Origin: Lama guanicoe | Lineage: Eukaryota | DNA length: 60,000 nucleotides | NCBI GenBank assembly: GCA_013239625.1 | Contig: MU053933.1 | Location: forward strand, 808,001-868,000 | Direction: 5' to 3' | Shown here: piece by piece, positions 56,376 through 60,000 of the stretch | Numbering within the stretch: the first letter of the stretch is position 1 | Layout: each line of letters begins with the position of its first letter | Translations under genes and position numbers: made by a program | Notes under the pieces: generated by a model | What the model was told of the DNA's origin: nothing | Database searches by the model: none | The model's input: only the letters and a program-made list of their open reading frames with translations

Positions 56376-58759
56376 GTAAGGCTGCTCTCTGCTTCTTGTG
56401 TCTTCTGGACGCTGAGCCATCTGCCAGGTGTCTGATGACTGTCACCAGCCTGGTCCTGTCTGTCTGTCCTGTCAGTGGATAATGAAGTGTGGACATGGGT
56501 CCCACCCTCAGAATATTGGAAGTTTTAGAAAAAGGGTCATCATAATGATAGCAACAAAAACCAGACGAGAGGCCCAATGCAGGCCCTCAGAGGGTGACCT
56601 GGGCCAGGGGCTGGCCGGGCCCTCAAGGGGTGGGAGTGGCCTGGCTTCCCTGGGCGGGCAGCGTGCTGTGACTGCAGAAAGACACAGAGCTAAGCTAGCC
56701 TGTGTCACTTGAAACTAGTCCATATCTGGCAGGTGGGCCGTTCGGACCACCCAGCACAGGACCGGGTTTCCCTGGTCAGTGTCATCGCCCACTGCCCCAC
56801 TTCCTAACCTCTCCGCTCACTCTGCTGGTAAGTGACCCTGCGGTCTTGGCAGGCACGAAAGAGTGCTTCCCCTGCCACGTCTGGAGGGGTCCCTCCCTTC
56901 CCCAAGTCACAGCAACTCTGTGAATGCCCTGCCCCCCAGGCCAGCCTCCCCCTGGCTCCCAGTCCCCTCTCCTGAGCCCTCAGCTTGCCCCTTCCCTCTG
57001 CAGCTCACAGCAGGTGGTGCCACCCACCATGGACGAGGCCTCTGTGGCCCTCACACCCAGTTCCCTGCTTACCTTTGGGTGGACCGCATGGATCACCCTC
57101 CCTGACCACCTGCACGGCGCCCCTCCCCTCCTCGGGCCTCCCCCACTCTGGACACAGCCCACAGGGTCCCCAGCAGCATCGTCTGGCTGTGCGCGATCAG
57201 CGCTCCCGCCTCACCCCCTTGGCCTGTGGCCAGCCTTTGACGCGATGGTTTCCTCCCTCCGTGAGAGGCCCTCTCCCTGGGGCTTCCGGGCACTGCACCC
57301 TCCTGGTTCTCTTGTAGTGCTCTGCTGGGCCTGCCCTGCCGTACCCCCACGTGGGGGCAAGGCCCGCTCCTTGGCCTCGTCTCTCCTCATTCGTCCTCTC
57401 GCTGGGGCAGCTCTCATGCAGACCGTGGCTTTCAGCATCTCCCCAGCATGGTCCTCCCCGCTGAGCTCCCGTGGTCGTGGTCACACTGCCACCTGACATC
57501 CCCATAGAGGCGTCCGGGTGTCTTCTCAGAATTAACACGACTAGACTGTTCTCATTATTTTACCCCGTGAACTTGCTAGGCCCCTGCACTGCCTGTCTCA
57601 CTCAGGGAGCCGCTCCCCACCCCCTGGACAGGCCAGAGCCAAATCGCCTGGGGACATTTTCTTGACACAGAAGTCAGAGCATGTCACTGCCTGCTTAGAG
57701 CCCTCCAGCACTCTCCTTTTTACTCAGTGAAGCCCAGTTCAGCCCTCACTGTCCGTCTCCCGCGGGAGGGTCAGAGCCCCCAGGCAGGGCCCCACCTGGA
57801 CCGCGGTGGAGCGCGCCTGCCGTGTGCAGACAGGGAGACGGGGCTGTGCTGGGATCCGCTTGTTAATACAGTGCGCCTTGAGAACAATTAATTTAAAAAG
57901 AAGGGTTCTGGTACCACATTAAACCAAATTAGGGAAACAAAATCAATTTTGTAAATGACTGCCTCAGGAAGGTTAAACACCTCTGGTTTTTTAAAACTTT
58001 GATACATTTTAATGTTTTAAAGGCCATTTTCCTGCCACGAGCATGATTTTCAGTCTCCAAGCTGGGACGGGTCAGCTCAGAGTGGTGCTGTGGGCTAGAC
58101 CCAAGCTGCATGGACCGCCGCCTCTGGCACTGGGGAGGACTTTGGCACTCACCTCCACCCCGGCACGTCCCCCGGGGCGGGACACAGGCACCGAGTGCGA
58201 GGGGACTTTGGGGCAGGGGCAGATCACCCTCACGTGCAGCTTCACAGGGACAGGAGGGCAGGCCTGAGCCCGAGGCGGCGTTTCTGCCCTTGTGGATGTG
58301 AGCTGAGCCGAAGCTGTGTCCTCTTCCCCCGTTCACATCCTCCCTGTCAAGTCACTGGGCTCCTGGGGTGCCCGTGTCCCCAGGACGCTGTGGGGCAGGG
58401 TGGCCGGGCAGTTGTGGCTTCTCTTCCTCCCAGGGGCCGGTCAGAGGGACAGAGAGATTGGGCTGATTTCTAGGGACGTTTCGTCAGCTTCCGCCAGAGC
58501 CCCAAAGTCCTCCCTCCCACAGGGACTCTGCTCACTTCCCGTGGGGCCCTGCAGAGACCCCGGTCACGGGGCCCACTTGAGGAGCCGGCCCCAGAGCCCC
58601 GGCGCTGCGGACCAGGCTGCTGCTGCCCTTCTGGGCCTGCCCTTTACGTTCACGGAGCTTCCGGATGGCCCGGAGAGCGTCTGTGACGCATTGACAGGTG
58701 CTGCCTTCCTCGGAGCAGAGCCGGGAGCGGCGGGAGCGGTGTGCTGACACATCAGGTAG

Positions 58760-60000
58760 TTTAGGATAAATGGGAGAATCCCTAGAAAGATACGAACTAC
58801 CACAACCGACTCGAGAGAGAACATCTGAATAGACCTGTAACAAGGAAAGAAACTGAATTATTAATTAAAAATTTAATACAAAGAAAATCACAGGACCAGA
58901 TGGCTTCACTGGTGAATTCTGCCAACTCTTCACAGACTCCTCAGAGTTCCAGGAGCACACTCCCTGCTCATCCAACGAAGTGTTATCCTGATACACAGAA
59001 GACAGTGACGTCACAGGGAAGCTGCAGACCAAGCTCTCTTAGGAATGTACGTATAACTCAACAAAACGCTAATCCAGCAATATATAGAAAGGGTTAGCAC
59101 CATGGTCAAATGGGATTTATCCCAGGAATACACAGCTGGTTTAACATCTGAAAACCAATCAATGTGGTATTCCACAGGAATAGAATAAAGGACAAAACCA
59201 CAGGGTCCTTTCAGCAGAAGCAGAAAAAGCATTTGACAAAATCTAACAGCCCTTCATGGTAAAACACTCTACAAACTAGGAACAGAAGGGAACTGCGTCT
59301 GGGACAATCCGCAGCTAACATACCTAACAGTCCAGGACTGGATGCCTTCCCTGTAAGGTCAGGAACAAGGCGAGGACGCCTGCTCTTGCCACTTCTATTT
59401 AACATCGTATGGGAGAGTCTAGCCAGAGCATTTAGGCAAGAAAATGAAATGAAAGGCATGCAGATCGGACGAGAAGTGGAAGTACCGCTATTTGCAGGTG
59501 ACGTAATTTTGTATCTAGAGAATCCCAAGGAACCCACCAAAAACCTATTAGAGCTAATTGAAAAGTCAGCAAGGCTGCAGGCTGCAAGGTCAGTGCATAA
59601 AAATCAGTGGTATCTCTATACATTAGTGATGAGCAATCTGAAAACAAAAGGAAGAAAGCAGTCCCAGTTACAGCGAAAGGAGTGAAATACTCAGGAATAA
59701 ACTTAACCAAGGAGATACAAGACTTACACAGTGAAAACTACGAAACATTGTTGAAAGAAATTAGAGGAGACCTAAGTAAATGAAAAGACACCCCATGTTC
59801 ACTGACAGGAAGACTTACATTGTCAAGAAGGCAGTATCCCCAAAATTGATGTACAAATTCAGTGTAATCTCTGTCAAGACCCCAGCTGGCTTCTTGGTAG
59901 AAATTGACAAGCTAATCCTTGATCTCATATGAAAAAATTCAAGGAATTCAGAGTAGCCAAAAGAATCCTGAAAAAGAAAAAAGCTGGACTCACACTTTCC
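58760..60000 (+). mobile_element. Degenerate L1 ORF2 (reverse transcriptase region), runs off the window
   Basis: ORF 59386-59685 PLLFNIVWESLARAFRQENEMKGMQIG...LFAGDVILYLENP matches L1 RT; catalytic FADD mutated to FAGD; frameshifts and stops. Confidence 0.92.

Noticed and set aside
59386..59685. Reverse-transcriptase-like ORF as a novel RT system
   Set aside because: Ordinary decayed L1 ORF2 with FADD changed to FAGD and broken frames

Overview
Mammalian genomic DNA, probably a camelid (Camelus/Vicugna/Lama), judged from tRNA-Ala-derived Vic-1-type SINEs and the absence of Alu, B1, Bov-tA, PRE1 and SINEC elements. It covers the head-to-head RSPH1 / SLC37A1 locus. On the minus strand are RSPH1 coding exons 1-5 (ATG at 6211, MORN repeats, 167 codons; the gene continues off the left edge). 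On the plus strand is SLC37A1 (ER sugar-phosphate/Pi exchanger, MFS), with a CpG-island promoter at ~24.7-25.9 kb and its first eight coding exons (ATG at 29457, 256 codons; the gene continues off the right edge). All exons have GT-AG boundaries and consistent phases. The remainder is intronic/intergenic DNA with SINEs, MIR, L1, L2, MaLR/ERV LTRs and MER DNA transposons. Nearly all ORFs in the supplied track are non-coding artefacts. I see no evidence of a new protein family or prokaryote-type system. The most interesting signals are regulatory: repeated RFX X-box/CCAAT modules at RSPH1; a second promoter-like element at ~10.4-11.2 kb with a five-unit ZNF143/kB-like minisatellite and a near-perfect X-box; a candidate 59-nt non-coding exon whose acceptor is 23/25 identical to a SLC37A1 coding-exon acceptor; a possible antisense first exon overlapping RSPH1 exon 1; paired UPRE motifs; and a uORF before the SLC37A1 ATG. 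Repeat family names are from visual recognition, not a database search.
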